In this document: piece after piece, positions 1 to 10,160 of the stretch
Layout: each line of letters begins with the position of its first letter
Numbering within the stretch: the first letter of the stretch is position 1
Position numbers and translations under genes: made by a program
Notes under the pieces: model-generated
Database searches by the model: none
The model's input: only the letters and a program-made list of their open reading frames with translations
Told to the model about the DNA's origin: nothing
Source of the DNA: Bigelowiella natans CCMP2755
Lineage: Eukaryota; Protista; Cercozoa
DNA: 64,000 bases
Assembly (NCBI GenBank): GCA_000320545.1
Contig: ADNK01000550.1
Span: 124,001-188,000, forward strand
Reading direction: 5' to 3'

Positions 1-1220
1 GTAGGGTTACCGCTTTCAGCACCGAACCCAAAGTTGTTCAGTTCAACGGGACCACCGATTTCAACAAAGTTGCCCAATGCCACATCCCACGTACCGCTGA
101 TCTTCTTTCCAAGATTTGGTTGGTCATAGAGACGGATCCTATTTCCGAGACCACACACAGCACCGGTGACATGAAGCACTACAAGGCGGTTGAAGATGTG
201 GCCCGCGGTATGATCGAGTACATCACCCTCGAGGCTGGCTCGATCACTTACCAGACGATCTACCCTGAGTGGCTTGTCATCAAGGAGGAACTCAGTACGA
301 CAAGCGAAAAAATTGACCTGGATCTCACTGGCAAACCTGATCGAAATACGGGTACATCACAAGCAGCCAGGTTTAGGGAGCTGCCTTACAAGAAAAATCG
401 CTTCTATGTGCAGATCCCATTCTGGTTCTCCCGCACGTATGGTCACGCTCTTCCCATTGTGAACCTTCATCTTACCGAGATTACCATTAAAATCAAAATG
501 AAGGCTAAAACTGACGTCATTATTAGCAACGCCGGTGTAGGAACTGGAGAATTTACTAATGGACTAACTGGTTCTTCCAAAGCTCCTGGAACGCCTGCCG
601 CATTGAGCAGCAGCGACTTTGCGATCAACCAGATGTACCTCCTCGGCGAGTACATCTATCTTTCCGACAACGAACGTACCAGCTTTGCAACCAACCAGCA
701 CGCTTACCTCATCGAGCAAGTTCAAACTCACACGGAGACCATTGCAGCAAATTCTACTTCGCACGTCGCTAAGCTTCAATTCAATCATCCGTGCAAGGCG
801 TTCTACTGGTACGGGATTAAGAAAGACAACAAGGATGCTAAGAATTGGCTCGACTGGTCTGGTTACGAAGACGGAAAGACAGGTTTTGCGCCAGCAAACT
901 CACTTTTTGAAACTGCAAAGATCTCACTCAACAACAACACCCGTGTTATGGCTTTGGGACCTAAGTATTACGGAACTATTCAACCACAGCAACACCACAC
1001 CAGGATCCCTACCTGCAATGTGTACATGTACTCTTTCGCTCTTGCGCCCGAGAACGTGCAGCCAAGTGGTAACCTGAACTGTAGCCGCATCGAGACTATC
1101 TCCCTCGAGCTCAAATTCTCCACATCATTCGATAAAACAATTGATCTTACCGTCATCGCCGAAAACTACAACATTGTACGAATCGGTAACGGCATCTCCA
1201 TGCTTTCTTGGGCATCTTAA
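1..1220 (+). CDS. MCP: NCLDV double jelly-roll major capsid protein (5' end outside window)
   Basis: Frame open from base 3: RVTAFSTE...IPRTADLLSKIWL. Further MCP motifs YVQIPFWFSR..GHALPIV, EYIYLSDNERTSF..HAYLIEQVQ, LQFNHPCK, YMYSFALAPENVQPSGNLNCSRIE and NYNIVRIGNG. Confidence 0.95.
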   Translation, partial: RVTAFSTEPKVVQFNGTTDFNKVAQCHIPRTADLLSKIWLVIETDPISETTHSTGDMKHYKAVEDVARGMIEYITLEAGSITYQTIYPEWLVIKEELSTTSEKIDLDLTGKPDRNTGTSQAARFRELPYKKNRFYVQIPFWFSRTYGHALPIVNLHLTEITIKIKMKAKTDVIISNAGVGTGEFTNGLTGSSKAPGTPAALSSSDFAINQMYLLGEYIYLSDNERTSFATNQHAYLIEQVQTHTETIAANSTSHVAKLQFNHPCKAFYWYGIKKDNKDAKNWLDWSGYEDGKTGFAPANSLFETAKISLNNNTRVMALGPKYYGTIQPQQHHTRIPTCNVYMYSFALAPENVQPSGNLNCSRIETISLELKFSTSFDKTIDLTVIAENYNIVRIGNGISMLSWAS

Positions 1221-1360
1221 ATGTGTGAATTTTTTCGTAATATTATTTGTGTTGTGTGCATGTCAAGGCACAATTAAATAATTCAATGTGTAGTTACAAG
1301 CGTCTTAGGTTGTCATCATGTGCAATTCAAAACGTGTAGTCTTTTTCCATGACAAATGCA

Positions 1361-2308
1361 TCAATGTGATGCGCGATCCACGACCGGGGTCGCACTCTTC
1401 GCCCATCGCGACATTGCAACATCGTCTTCGGAGTCGCTTTCATAGTCTTCCCCTCCCGTGTTTTCTTCTGGTAAATGTGAATCTTCACATCGTGTCATGT
1501 TCAAACTTCGATTAAAAATTCGACCGCAGACAGTGCAAGGATGCAACGATTCTAAGTGCCGTTGATGTGATTGCAAATGTTTGTGTAGGCGCTTGTGCCG
1601 CACATATGATTGGGAGTGTGGTTTGTGGTTCTTCGCAAGAAGATGCGCTCCGAGTGTGTCATAAAGTGCGTTGCGCTTTTTCCGCTCACAGATTGCTTTG
1701 GCGTTCTTTGAATTTCCTTCTGGTTTGATGCATGCGCCGCATTTGCAGCGTCTGCAATCTGTTCGTGCCGAGTGCCGCCAGAACAGCAAAAGGCGTTCCA
1801 TTTGTATGTCGGGGTGCTTTTCCACGTCACGAAAGGCCACGTGGGTTCCATACAGAGCGGTGGCTGTCTGAGCATCAGCAGCAACAAACCCCGCATCGTG
1901 CTCATGACGGTGCAAATCAGACGCGTTCACGAATCGCAGGCCGCACAATTTGCATTCGAATGCGCGGTTAAATCTTGGGTTGTATGAGTTTCGAGAGGAC
2001 ACGACAGGGTCTTTGCAGGTGATGTCGGCGTCGTCAAATGCACGATTCTCGTAGTTATGCCATTTGGTCATGCTGCATGTTTTAGTGTCGTCATTCCGTT
2101 TTGTTTCCTGTTTTCTTTTTCGCTGCTGTGCGAGTCTTTGCCTTTCTTTCTTCTTGTTTTTCTTTTTTCCCATTTCCTTGAATGTTTGGTTTTTGAACAA
2201 TGGAACAAGTCGCAACACAGCAGCACAATAGGAACGTTTAGGAACACAAAATAACGTTTTGCAAGAATGCATGCACACATTCAAAGTTAGGCGTAGAGGT
2301 TGATTCAA
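1361..2308 (-). CDS. C2H2 zinc-finger-like protein with basic N-terminus
   Basis: CKLCGLRFVNASDLHRHEH and CTVCGRIFNRSLNMTRCEDSH; acidic tail. True start is probably the internal MGKKKNKK. Confidence 0.6.
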   Translation of the reverse strand: MNQPLRLTLNVCMHSCKTLFCVPKRSYCAAVLRLVPLFKNQTFKEMGKKKNKKKERQRLAQQRKRKQETKRNDDTKTCSMTKWHNYENRAFDDADITCKDPVVSSRNSYNPRFNRAFECKLCGLRFVNASDLHRHEHDAGFVAADAQTATALYGTHVAFRDVEKHPDIQMERLLLFWRHSARTDCRRCKCGACIKPEGNSKNAKAICERKKRNALYDTLGAHLLAKNHKPHSQSYVRHKRLHKHLQSHQRHLESLHPCTVCGRIFNRSLNMTRCEDSHLPEENTGGEDYESDSEDDVAMSRWAKSATPVVDRASH

Positions 2309-2846
2309 TCTCGCGTTTTAACAGTGTTTTGAAATTTTTTATATTTTCGCCGACGCTGTCAAACAGACGTTGAATCTGGATCGCCGCGCAGCGGTTTGCG
2401 TGTCGGAATTTCTCTATCTGTTTTGCATCAACTTTGTCATCAATGGCAGTTTCGTACATCTTCAGAGCTTCTTTGTATGCAGATTCTCCAGCAAACTCCG
2501 CTTCGTGAAGATCGGTGTCGCCTCCCATGAGTATCTTAGGACCCAACGCGTGCAACAGCGTCTTCTGTGTGCATTCCAGGTCTTTGCATTTGGAGATCTG
2601 CATGTGCGTCATGTCGGTGCTAAACTGTTTCTGACAGACGCGGCGCTTCACTTTCTGCGCGTCGGTCATTGATTGAGGGTTGCACCCTCCGAAAAGGGAC
2701 ACCAGGGCTTGCTGTTTCAGGAAATTTCGGAGTGCGTTGTCGGATTGCATGATGGTATGTTGCAAGATGTGCAGTGGTGCGGTGCTGCTACTACACGTGC
2801 TTGATTTTTTTTGCGATTTTTGGCTTTCTAGTGAGTGCGGATTCAA
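2238..2846 (-). CDS. hypothetical protein
   Basis: 202-aa ORF in a gene-dense context; probable start at the internal MQSDNALR. Confidence 0.5.
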   Translation of the reverse strand: MNPHSLESQKSQKKSSTCSSSTAPLHILQHTIMQSDNALRNFLKQQALVSLFGGCNPQSMTDAQKVKRRVCQKQFSTDMTHMQISKCKDLECTQKTLLHALGPKILMGGDTDLHEAEFAGESAYKEALKMYETAIDDKVDAKQIEKFRHANRCAAIQIQRLFDSVGENIKNFKTLLKREIESTSTPNFECVHAFLQNVILCS

Positions 2847-2954
2847 TTAATTGCTATAAAAAAAATGTGAACTTTTTAAAAAAACGGGACCCGATACATC
2901 TTGAAATCAGCAAAGACCATCGACGACACCCCCACCACATCCGACGACACCACC

Positions 2955-3641
2955 ATGTCCTCCCCCGAGTACTCAAGGACACATCTTAACGACATGCGCA
3001 ACAGCGCATCCTGCAGCTACCGACGCAAAATGACTGATCATCATCGTCGACGCACCACGGAGCCAAACGGAGCTCTTAGCGACATGCTCCTGGCCAGTGC
3101 AATGTCCCCCAGCCAAACCCGACGCCGCCGTCGCAAGAAACGATCGGGATCCCGCAGCCGCACCCGCAGCCGCACCCGCAGCCGTACCCGCAGCCGTACC
3201 CGCAGCCGTACCCGCAGCCGTACCCGCAGCCGATCTTCAAGCCGCCGTCGTTATTCTAGCCCCGGCGCACTCCGCCGTCGACGCAGAAGGTCTCGTTCCG
3301 GAAAAAGTACCAAGATGACCACAAAGAGAAAGACATCTAAGTCCAAAAAGAGAAAGCCATCCAAGTCCCCAAAAAGAAAGAGAAAGACCTCCAAGTCCCC
3401 AAAGAGGAAGAGAAAGACCTCCAAGTCCCCAAAGAGGAAGAGAAAGACCTCCAAGTCCCCAAAGAGGAAGAGAAAGACCTCCAAGTCCCCAAAGAGGAAG
3501 AGATCCAAGTCCCCAAGAAGAAGGTCTAAATCACCAAAGAGGTGCCCAAAAGGATGCGTGAAAAAGGCGCGATGCAAATCACCCAAACGCAGAAAGTCTC
3601 CGCGTCGCAAACACAAGGCAAAGGGGCATTACAAATGTTAG
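2955..3641 (+). CDS. protamine-like / histone H1-like basic DNA-condensing protein
   Basis: Extremely R/K/S-rich: (RSRT)n followed by (KRKTSKSPKR)n with many SPKR/SPRR motifs. ATG at 2955 is in frame with ORF 2901-3641. Confidence 0.8.
   Translation: MSSPEYSRTHLNDMRNSASCSYRRKMTDHHRRRTTEPNGALSDMLLASAMSPSQTRRRRRKKRSGSRSRTRSRTRSRTRSRTRSRTRSRTRSRSSSRRRYSSPGALRRRRRRSRSGKSTKMTTKRKTSKSKKRKPSKSPKRKRKTSKSPKRKRKTSKSPKRKRKTSKSPKRKRKTSKSPKRKRSKSPRRRSKSPKRCPKGCVKKARCKSPKRRKSPRRKHKAKGHYKC
3151..3232 (+). repeat. 12-bp tandem repeat (CCCGCAGCCGYA, about 7 units) encoding RSRT
   Basis: Directly visible in the sequence. Confidence 0.9.
3348..3513 (+). repeat. 30-bp tandem repeat (AAGAGAAAGACCTCCAAGTCCCCAAAGAGG, about 5 units plus a partial)
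   Basis: Directly visible; encodes KRKTSKSPKR. Confidence 0.9.
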
Positions 3642-3669
3642 GTCACCAATCGTGCCCAGTCACTAGAGT

Positions 3670-4617
3670 TTACTTCCCTGTTTTCCTTGCTAAATTGATT
3701 GCTACTTTCTCCAAACGATCAATGCGCTGAGCGGATTTGCTCACGTCGTTGATCATTCGCGACACAATGCCATGCAAATTCCGCAAAGCCAGGTTCTTCG
3801 AAATTACCATGTTCGCATAATGAAGATCATTTCTATTCGATGAAGTATCCTGTTTGTTCATCGCATGTGAATCCGCTGTAGCGCCAACGCGTGTCGATGT
3901 AGATGGGTGCGTTGCGATGTTAATGTTTATTGCGTTGCTATTATCCACATTCTTTTCGTCGTCGTCATCGTCGACAGTGTTTGCAGATTTGTTCTCTTCG
4001 CCACTACTACTACTACTGCAGCTATTACTGCTGCTATTTACATGACATGGAGGCGGCAAACATTCTGAAGGAGTGGTGTTTTGATTTATGCACATGTTTA
4101 TGGCAGAGGCTAAATCTTGCATGATTGTCATATTTTGCTGAATCGAGTGTTTGGCCTCATCTAGAGCGGCTCGTAACGTTTTGACTTCTGCCTCGTGCAT
4201 GCTCGTTAACGCTGAGTAGATTTCGTCAAGTTTTTCCTTGTAACTCAACGGCAAAGAATCGTCGTCATCATCATTGTCAGTCTCACTGTCATCGCCACCA
4301 CCTCCGTTACCACCCCCTCCATCCCCTCCATCACCCCCTCCATCACCTCCATCACCTCCGTCACCTCCGTTACCCCCACCACCTCCCGTTGATCCGTGCT
4401 TGTCATTTAGATGCGCACTTATTGCTGCCTCAACCATTTCTAAAACCGTTTTTTTCTCATCATTTTCATCCTGATGATATTCGGTTTCATGATCATCGAT
4501 GCTACGACCAGTTGATCCAGATAAAACAACATCACCGTCCTGGTTCACTATTTGAGCGTTGTTGGTGAGAAATATAGTTCCCAAAACCTCTATGTTGTTC
4601 ACTGCCAAATCTGCCAT
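3670..4617 (-). CDS. hypothetical protein with Gly/Asp-rich linker and coiled coil
   Basis: 315-aa ATG-started ORF with GGDGG repeats and a C-terminal IDRLEK coiled coil. Confidence 0.65.
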   Translation of the reverse strand: MADLAVNNIEVLGTIFLTNNAQIVNQDGDVVLSGSTGRSIDDHETEYHQDENDEKKTVLEMVEAAISAHLNDKHGSTGGGGGNGGDGGDGGDGGGDGGDGGGGNGGGGDDSETDNDDDDDSLPLSYKEKLDEIYSALTSMHEAEVKTLRAALDEAKHSIQQNMTIMQDLASAINMCINQNTTPSECLPPPCHVNSSSNSCSSSSSGEENKSANTVDDDDDEKNVDNSNAININIATHPSTSTRVGATADSHAMNKQDTSSNRNDLHYANMVISKNLALRNLHGIVSRMINDVSKSAQRIDRLEKVAINLARKTGK

Positions 4618-4782
4618 TTAGTTTTTGAGTTGCCTTTTAGTGTTTTGTTTTGTTTTATTGCAAGTTTGTTTTCGTTGCGGGGGTTCTGTACAGAACTATG
4701 AGAAAAAAAAATACACGCAAGATGCTGTCAATGAGCATTAACATAATTTTTTTTTTTGCTTCATTTGTTCTTTAATTGATCT

Positions 4783-6252
4783 TTGAATGTAAAAATCTCT
4801 TGCAAACACAAGTCATTTCATCATCGTTTGTGTGCAATGTCAACGGACACTAATTCAACATCCACCAGCAAAACAGTGAGATTGGCCATTCATGCTAACA
4901 ACATAGCGTTCAATTACGAACATTGTCTTCGCACGGTGCAGCGATACATGACTGAGACCATTCTGTATTTCTTCAAAGCTTTGCTCGAAACAGTAGCTAA
5001 AAAACACAGCGAAGAGTACAGCAGACTGCAATCCATGTTCATGAGTTTTCCAAGTGTCAGGGAGCGGTTTGAAATCAAGGTGAGCAAAATCAAAGACTAC
5101 AGTCGTGATTCGGCAAACAAGATCGGGCAAGATCTTCTGCTTCATTTAGAGCGTGAATGGCCGGAGTTTGACATCCGAAAGGCCGTGTACAAATTCGTCC
5201 TCGTTGAGCTGGCCACTAACAAGCAGATGTCAGTCGAGGACACTGAGAATGGCACAGCCAACAGCAGCGCGTGCAATGTGGACGAGGTCCAAGAGCAACA
5301 AGACAAAGCTGATGGTTCAAGCACGCAACAAGTGGTCGAAGAAAAACAACAGATCACTGTCGACATCGAGGATGAGCATGTGCTGAATTTCTTGCACGCC
5401 TGTGTTTCCAATGCAGCCAAAGACTTTGAAAACGACATCGACCTCCTCATCGAGAAGCCTGACTACAAAGGCATGAAATCACGAAAAATCATCTGCAAAG
5501 AGGCAGTGAAAAACGCCGTGATCGATTTCTACACGAAGCACGGCAAACGCAGCAAAACCGTCCGACACCGCCGGATCAAAATCACAGCGTCGAAGTCCTC
5601 TAACACCGAGGAGTCCGCGTCAAGAGATGCCCATGACGATTCCGCCGTTCCGAAATCCGACGAAACGGAATTGAATGACATTAACAAAAGCACAGGACAC
5701 GAAACCGAAATGCAACCCATCACCAAAGCCCATCATCAACCCTACGAAGACTCGGAGTTCGAAGCACGTGACAAAAATGACAATGAAGCGGAACAGGTGC
5801 CGCAAGTTGCCGCGAGCACTCATGCTGACGCCAATGAGGTCTTGAACAACCTTCACAGTGGAACAAGTAACCCTTTTGAGACCAATCAAGTGAAAGACGA
5901 GGCCACTTCATCACTCGAACAAAGATTGCTTGACAACTCTTTGATCACACCTCACACCACACAAGAACCACTTTCATACGAGAAACCTGTCCCTTCAAAT
6001 GATTATCTACACAACGCAGAGACAGCATCACAAAAAGACGAAAAATCCGGAAATCCGTACACGACAAACGAAAACAGCTGTGCTAACACAGTCGCCGGTC
6101 AACAACATGAGACTGAATCACATTCATTTCCGAATCCAAACACCCCATTCGAACAGTCGCAGTCGCAGACGCCCATTGAGGCCAGACAGAATTCCAATGA
6201 AGTAAACGACGATGAAGCTATTACTAATTTTTTACGTCAACATGGCATTTAG
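4783..6252 (+). CDS. conserved NCLDV protein (DUF5764-like N-terminal domain, disordered acidic tail)
   Basis: Pattern ITVDI...LNFLHACVSNAAKDF...IICKEAVKNAVIDF resembles the recalled family motif IDI..P.L..FIH.VY...AR...I.E.I...IR. Likely start is MSTDTN. Confidence 0.55.
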   Translation: MNVKISCKHKSFHHRLCAMSTDTNSTSTSKTVRLAIHANNIAFNYEHCLRTVQRYMTETILYFFKALLETVAKKHSEEYSRLQSMFMSFPSVRERFEIKVSKIKDYSRDSANKIGQDLLLHLEREWPEFDIRKAVYKFVLVELATNKQMSVEDTENGTANSSACNVDEVQEQQDKADGSSTQQVVEEKQQITVDIEDEHVLNFLHACVSNAAKDFENDIDLLIEKPDYKGMKSRKIICKEAVKNAVIDFYTKHGKRSKTVRHRRIKITASKSSNTEESASRDAHDDSAVPKSDETELNDINKSTGHETEMQPITKAHHQPYEDSEFEARDKNDNEAEQVPQVAASTHADANEVLNNLHSGTSNPFETNQVKDEATSSLEQRLLDNSLITPHTTQEPLSYEKPVPSNDYLHNAETASQKDEKSGNPYTTNENSCANTVAGQQHETESHSFPNPNTPFEQSQSQTPIEARQNSNEVNDDEAITNFLRQHGI

Positions 6253-6338
6253 GCATTTAGATTTTTTTGTATTTTTTTCTGTTGTGTTTGCATGTTTGGA
6301 ATCTCAATGCACAAAATCCAAAAGTAAACTCTGACACG

Positions 6339-8291
6339 ATGGAAGTGGAACAATATCTGTCAATTAATCCAATTGAAAGTGGGCGCGCTGCCATAAGCTT
6401 GCATCCAAAATCCATATCGCTTAAACCCCCCGCAATAGACCCTGCCAACTTGAATGTGGGTCCGATTGGACCTAACAACAAAGATGATTCTACACCATCA
6501 ACCTTTTCTCTAGGCGCCGCAACTAATGAAAAAGTAGGTGAAGCGGTAACCAATACGTTGACAGTTTCACCTTTGTTGATTCAAAATTTAGATGGAACAA
6601 GCACTTATGTGGAAAATCAAATAAATGTAACATTCACAGGAACTCTTCAGATGCAAAATATACACCTAGCCAACAATGGTGCTATACTTGAAAGAATTTT
6701 TCCTGGTTTAGTGGCACGAATATCTGGAGTGTCGAATGTGTACAACGGAATTTACATAGTGACTGGCGCTGCATTGGCCACAAATTCAATGTCCCTGCGT
6801 AGCGCAAACAATTCAACGATCAACGCTCAAACACCAGCAAGCGTCCCAGCAGCTGGAAACAAAATCCAATTTTATTATTACGCAATAAATCTTGGAGTTG
6901 CGCCTTCCAACGTAGTAACCAGCATTCCTGGTCTTCAGAACGAGACAGGGTCAATTGCATATTTCAATCAACATTTGTATCTTCGAACTGAAGATGGGTG
7001 GATTCGTCTGACTGATGCAACAGTGCCTCATAGAAGCATTCGAGGTTTTAAAGGTCTTAAAGGCAACGACGGTGTGCAAGGTGACACGGGACAGCCCGGA
7101 TCACAAGGTCCAATCGGGGCTAAAGGATACGATGGGTACCCGGGTGTAGTGGGTTTACCTGGGCCTCGAGGAGACCAAGGGCCGGATGGTCCAATGGGGT
7201 TTTCGGGAGAATCATCGGTTATTTCAGACAGCGATCAAGCATTGCGAAGCACCACATATTTGGGGGAAACAGGACCGGCATTTGCCGCGGCACCATTTTA
7301 CAACTTGGGTGCCGGTGCCACCAAAAATGGAGAAGTAAGTAATAACACAATGACTCTGAAAGGCACAGGCGTCGATGAAGTCACCGTCACCTTGCAAGGT
7401 AACACAGCTTTTGATTCCTCCTACTATCCCGCTGTGAACGATTTTGTTCGGATATCAGGTACATCAAACGGTATTTACAATCGGATTTACACAACGAAAT
7501 CAGCAAGCACTACGTCATTAATTCTCACCCCGTTTTTGAAAGGAGCCATTACAGCAAACACCGCTGCAAGTGTTCCATCGTCTAATGACAAATTAGAAAC
7601 AAAATTCACCTCAGCACAGGAAGCTGTAGTCACCGATACCGCTTCTGACGGTGACATTTTAAATCAAAGAGGGGTGTATCTCGGAATGCAGTCCGAAATC
7701 AAAACTAATGGACCAGTAATTGTTTTGAACCACAAAAGGGAAGAAAGTGAACTACAAATACCCGTGAACTACATTGATTTCGGTCCTAAAATCATAGATT
7801 ACCATGGCCGGTTCATCAACTCATTAACAAACACTAGCATGCTACAAATATGGACAAAGGGTCCCAATGCGAGTCCCCTTGTGTATTTCGATTTTAGAAA
7901 AAAAGCAGATAATTCATATGAGATAAAAACCAAATTATCTAGTGACCAGTTGGCAACACCAAGTGACCGCCGAATCAAAGATGACATTGTTTCAGGTGAT
8001 TTGGATCTTTGTGACAAGAACATTGCAAGGGTGAAGCTTCGCAAATTTAAATGGAATGATGAATATCAAAAATACAGAAAAAACAAAGACAGTACTTGCC
8101 TTGGAGTCATTGCGCAAGAAATCAAAAGTGTTTTTCCCAAGTCACTATCTTCTGACGTCGCAGACAATCATTTGGACATTAAAAACGGGCACTACATATA
8201 TTTCAACAAAACCGAACTTTTTTACACAATGCTGGGATGTCTACAAAATCTGATAAAGAAAACTGAAACTTTAGAAACACAAATTTTGTGA
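6339..8291 (+). CDS. collagen-repeat virion fibre protein with C-terminal intramolecular chaperone (peptidase S74-like)
   Basis: Gly-X-Y run (GFKGLKGNDGVQGDTGQPG...); chaperone motifs [15 protein letters not shown] and LGVIAQEI..VFP; terminal coiled coil. Confidence 0.85.
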   Translation: MEVEQYLSINPIESGRAAISLHPKSISLKPPAIDPANLNVGPIGPNNKDDSTPSTFSLGAATNEKVGEAVTNTLTVSPLLIQNLDGTSTYVENQINVTFTGTLQMQNIHLANNGAILERIFPGLVARISGVSNVYNGIYIVTGAALATNSMSLRSANNSTINAQTPASVPAAGNKIQFYYYAINLGVAPSNVVTSIPGLQNETGSIAYFNQHLYLRTEDGWIRLTDATVPHRSIRGFKGLKGNDGVQGDTGQPGSQGPIGAKGYDGYPGVVGLPGPRGDQGPDGPMGFSGESSVISDSDQALRSTTYLGETGPAFAAAPFYNLGAGATKNGEVSNNTMTLKGTGVDEVTVTLQGNTAFDSSYYPAVNDFVRISGTSNGIYNRIYTTKSASTTSLILTPFLKGAITANTAASVPSSNDKLETKFTSAQEAVVTDTASDGDILNQRGVYLGMQSEIKTNGPVIVLNHKREESELQIPVNYIDFGPKIIDYHGRFINSLTNTSMLQIWTKGPNASPLVYFDFRKKADNSYEIKTKLSSDQLATPSDRRIKDDIVSGDLDLCDKNIARVKLRKFKWNDEYQKYRKNKDSTCLGVIAQEIKSVFPKSLSSDVADNHLDIKNGHYIYFNKTELFYTMLGCLQNLIKKTETLETQIL

Positions 8292-8400
8292 TCTCTGCTA
8301 CACATGCTTTAAGCCTCTGCAAATTTTTTTCTCATTTGATTTGTAATTTTTTTAACTTCGATTGCAAGGTGAACGTCACACATACACACAAACACCCAAA

Positions 8401-9972
8401 ATGCCTCGACCGGACGACACACTTGAACAGCTAGCAGTCCCCGAAATTTTTGTTGTTGAGGACAACGCAGTTAGCACCAACAATGCATTACGAGTAAAAA
8501 GCCATTCGATAACCATTCCGTCTTTGAGCAGCCAGCCAACATTTGGCACAGCGATTCCAGGTGTCAACAGTGAAGAAGGATCGCTAGTTTATTACGATAA
8601 CTCCTTGTATCTCTTGGTCAAAAAAATGCCAGTAGAAAAAATAAACAATGTTACGCAGCTAGAATGGAAACAGGTCACAACCGCGTCATCCATAGTTCAA
8701 GGACCTCAAGGAGACAAGGGCGATCCAGGGAATCCTGGGATTCCAGGGGCTAACGGCGATGTAGGCCCACCAGGTCCGCGTGGTCCACCCGGCTCACAAG
8801 GTCGTCAGGGGAATGAAGGCGAAAAAGGTTTGCGCGGTCCTAATGGTCCACAAGGACCGGCAGGACCGTCTTATGAATTGATCAAGGGAGATCAAGGACC
8901 TCCGGTGTCCTTTGACACGAACGTTTTTTCCAGCAACACTGGTCCAACACCTAGCCAAATTGGTGTACACATGGGCACTGACGGCACAAACACAAACATT
9001 CAATTGGTATCGGATAAGGGATCTCAGATTCATTTCAAATCAAATAAAGGTAGTACCAAATTTATCTCATCGATTGGCTTGGATGGCATTTACTCAGTTC
9101 CGAACTCATCCACAGATCCAACCGCCACAAACGTCGCTTTGAGTAACCCAACCGATACTTCGATTGGTGCTGCCACTGGTAACACCATCGAGTTAGAAGG
9201 GACTGGTGCAAATGAGGTCAAAGTCACCGTGCGTGATGGCGCACAATTGTCGTATCAACCTGTTAACAACGATGTTGTGCGCATTTCAGGAGTGTCATCA
9301 ACTTACGATGGGAACTACAGAATTCGCATTGATAACGACCCAAATACTGTTTACAAATTTTCGACTTTTCCAGGGCAAACTAACAACACTGGGGCTCAGG
9401 TTTTCTATTTGACTGCATTGTCAACGTCTAGTATTACATCTAGCACCCTCAAAAATACTCCTGCTGCCACTAACAAATTGGAGATTTTTTCAAATTCTAC
9501 TTCTGACAAATTCTTTCGCATCCAAGCTGGAACTTGCAGCGCAAATGGTCCAGTTTACCCAACTTTCTTAAAGATGAATGTAGATAAATCTGAGATCCTT
9601 TCAAGTACAATCATTTCGTATGGTTCGGATCGACGAATAAAAGACGACATCAAAGACGCAGATACCAAATTGTGCTACGACAACACAAAAAAGCTGTCAC
9701 TTCGGCGGTTCAAGTGGAAAGATGAAATGCAAAGCATTTACAAATACAAAGACACAAACAGACTTGGTCTAATTGCTGATGAACTCAAAACAGTCTTTCC
9801 TAAAAGCGTATACGAAGCACCAGAGACAGAAGCTTTCGACATTGCCAAAAACACTGGCATTACGCACATTGAAACGGACCAGGTGTTTTACAGCATGCTC
9901 GGTGCGATCCAACAACTCCAGGGCAAAATCAAGACACTCCAGGAAAAACTCGCAGCAAAAGCGTCTTCGTAA
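8401..9972 (+). CDS. second collagen-repeat fibre protein with S74-like chaperone (paralog of 6339-8291)
   Basis: [13 protein letters not shown]... repeats; [26 protein letters not shown] and [15 protein letters not shown]. Confidence 0.85.
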   Translation: MPRPDDTLEQLAVPEIFVVEDNAVSTNNALRVKSHSITIPSLSSQPTFGTAIPGVNSEEGSLVYYDNSLYLLVKKMPVEKINNVTQLEWKQVTTASSIVQGPQGDKGDPGNPGIPGANGDVGPPGPRGPPGSQGRQGNEGEKGLRGPNGPQGPAGPSYELIKGDQGPPVSFDTNVFSSNTGPTPSQIGVHMGTDGTNTNIQLVSDKGSQIHFKSNKGSTKFISSIGLDGIYSVPNSSTDPTATNVALSNPTDTSIGAATGNTIELEGTGANEVKVTVRDGAQLSYQPVNNDVVRISGVSSTYDGNYRIRIDNDPNTVYKFSTFPGQTNNTGAQVFYLTALSTSSITSSTLKNTPAATNKLEIFSNSTSDKFFRIQAGTCSANGPVYPTFLKMNVDKSEILSSTIISYGSDRRIKDDIKDADTKLCYDNTKKLSLRRFKWKDEMQSIYKYKDTNRLGLIADELKTVFPKSVYEAPETEAFDIAKNTGITHIETDQVFYSMLGAIQQLQGKIKTLQEKLAAKASS

Positions 9973-10160
9973 TTTTTTTTTCAAAAAAGCACAATCCGCA
10001 TGGCTAAATACCTGCACAAAAAAAAATAAAAGATCCCTCCTTTTTCAACGACACGATCTAACTAAACACCTGACAATTGGAGAAGAGACTATCCACTCTG
10101 CTGTCGTCGACACTGCACCATACGAAGATACACGCATACCCATAACACCACACACACAAA

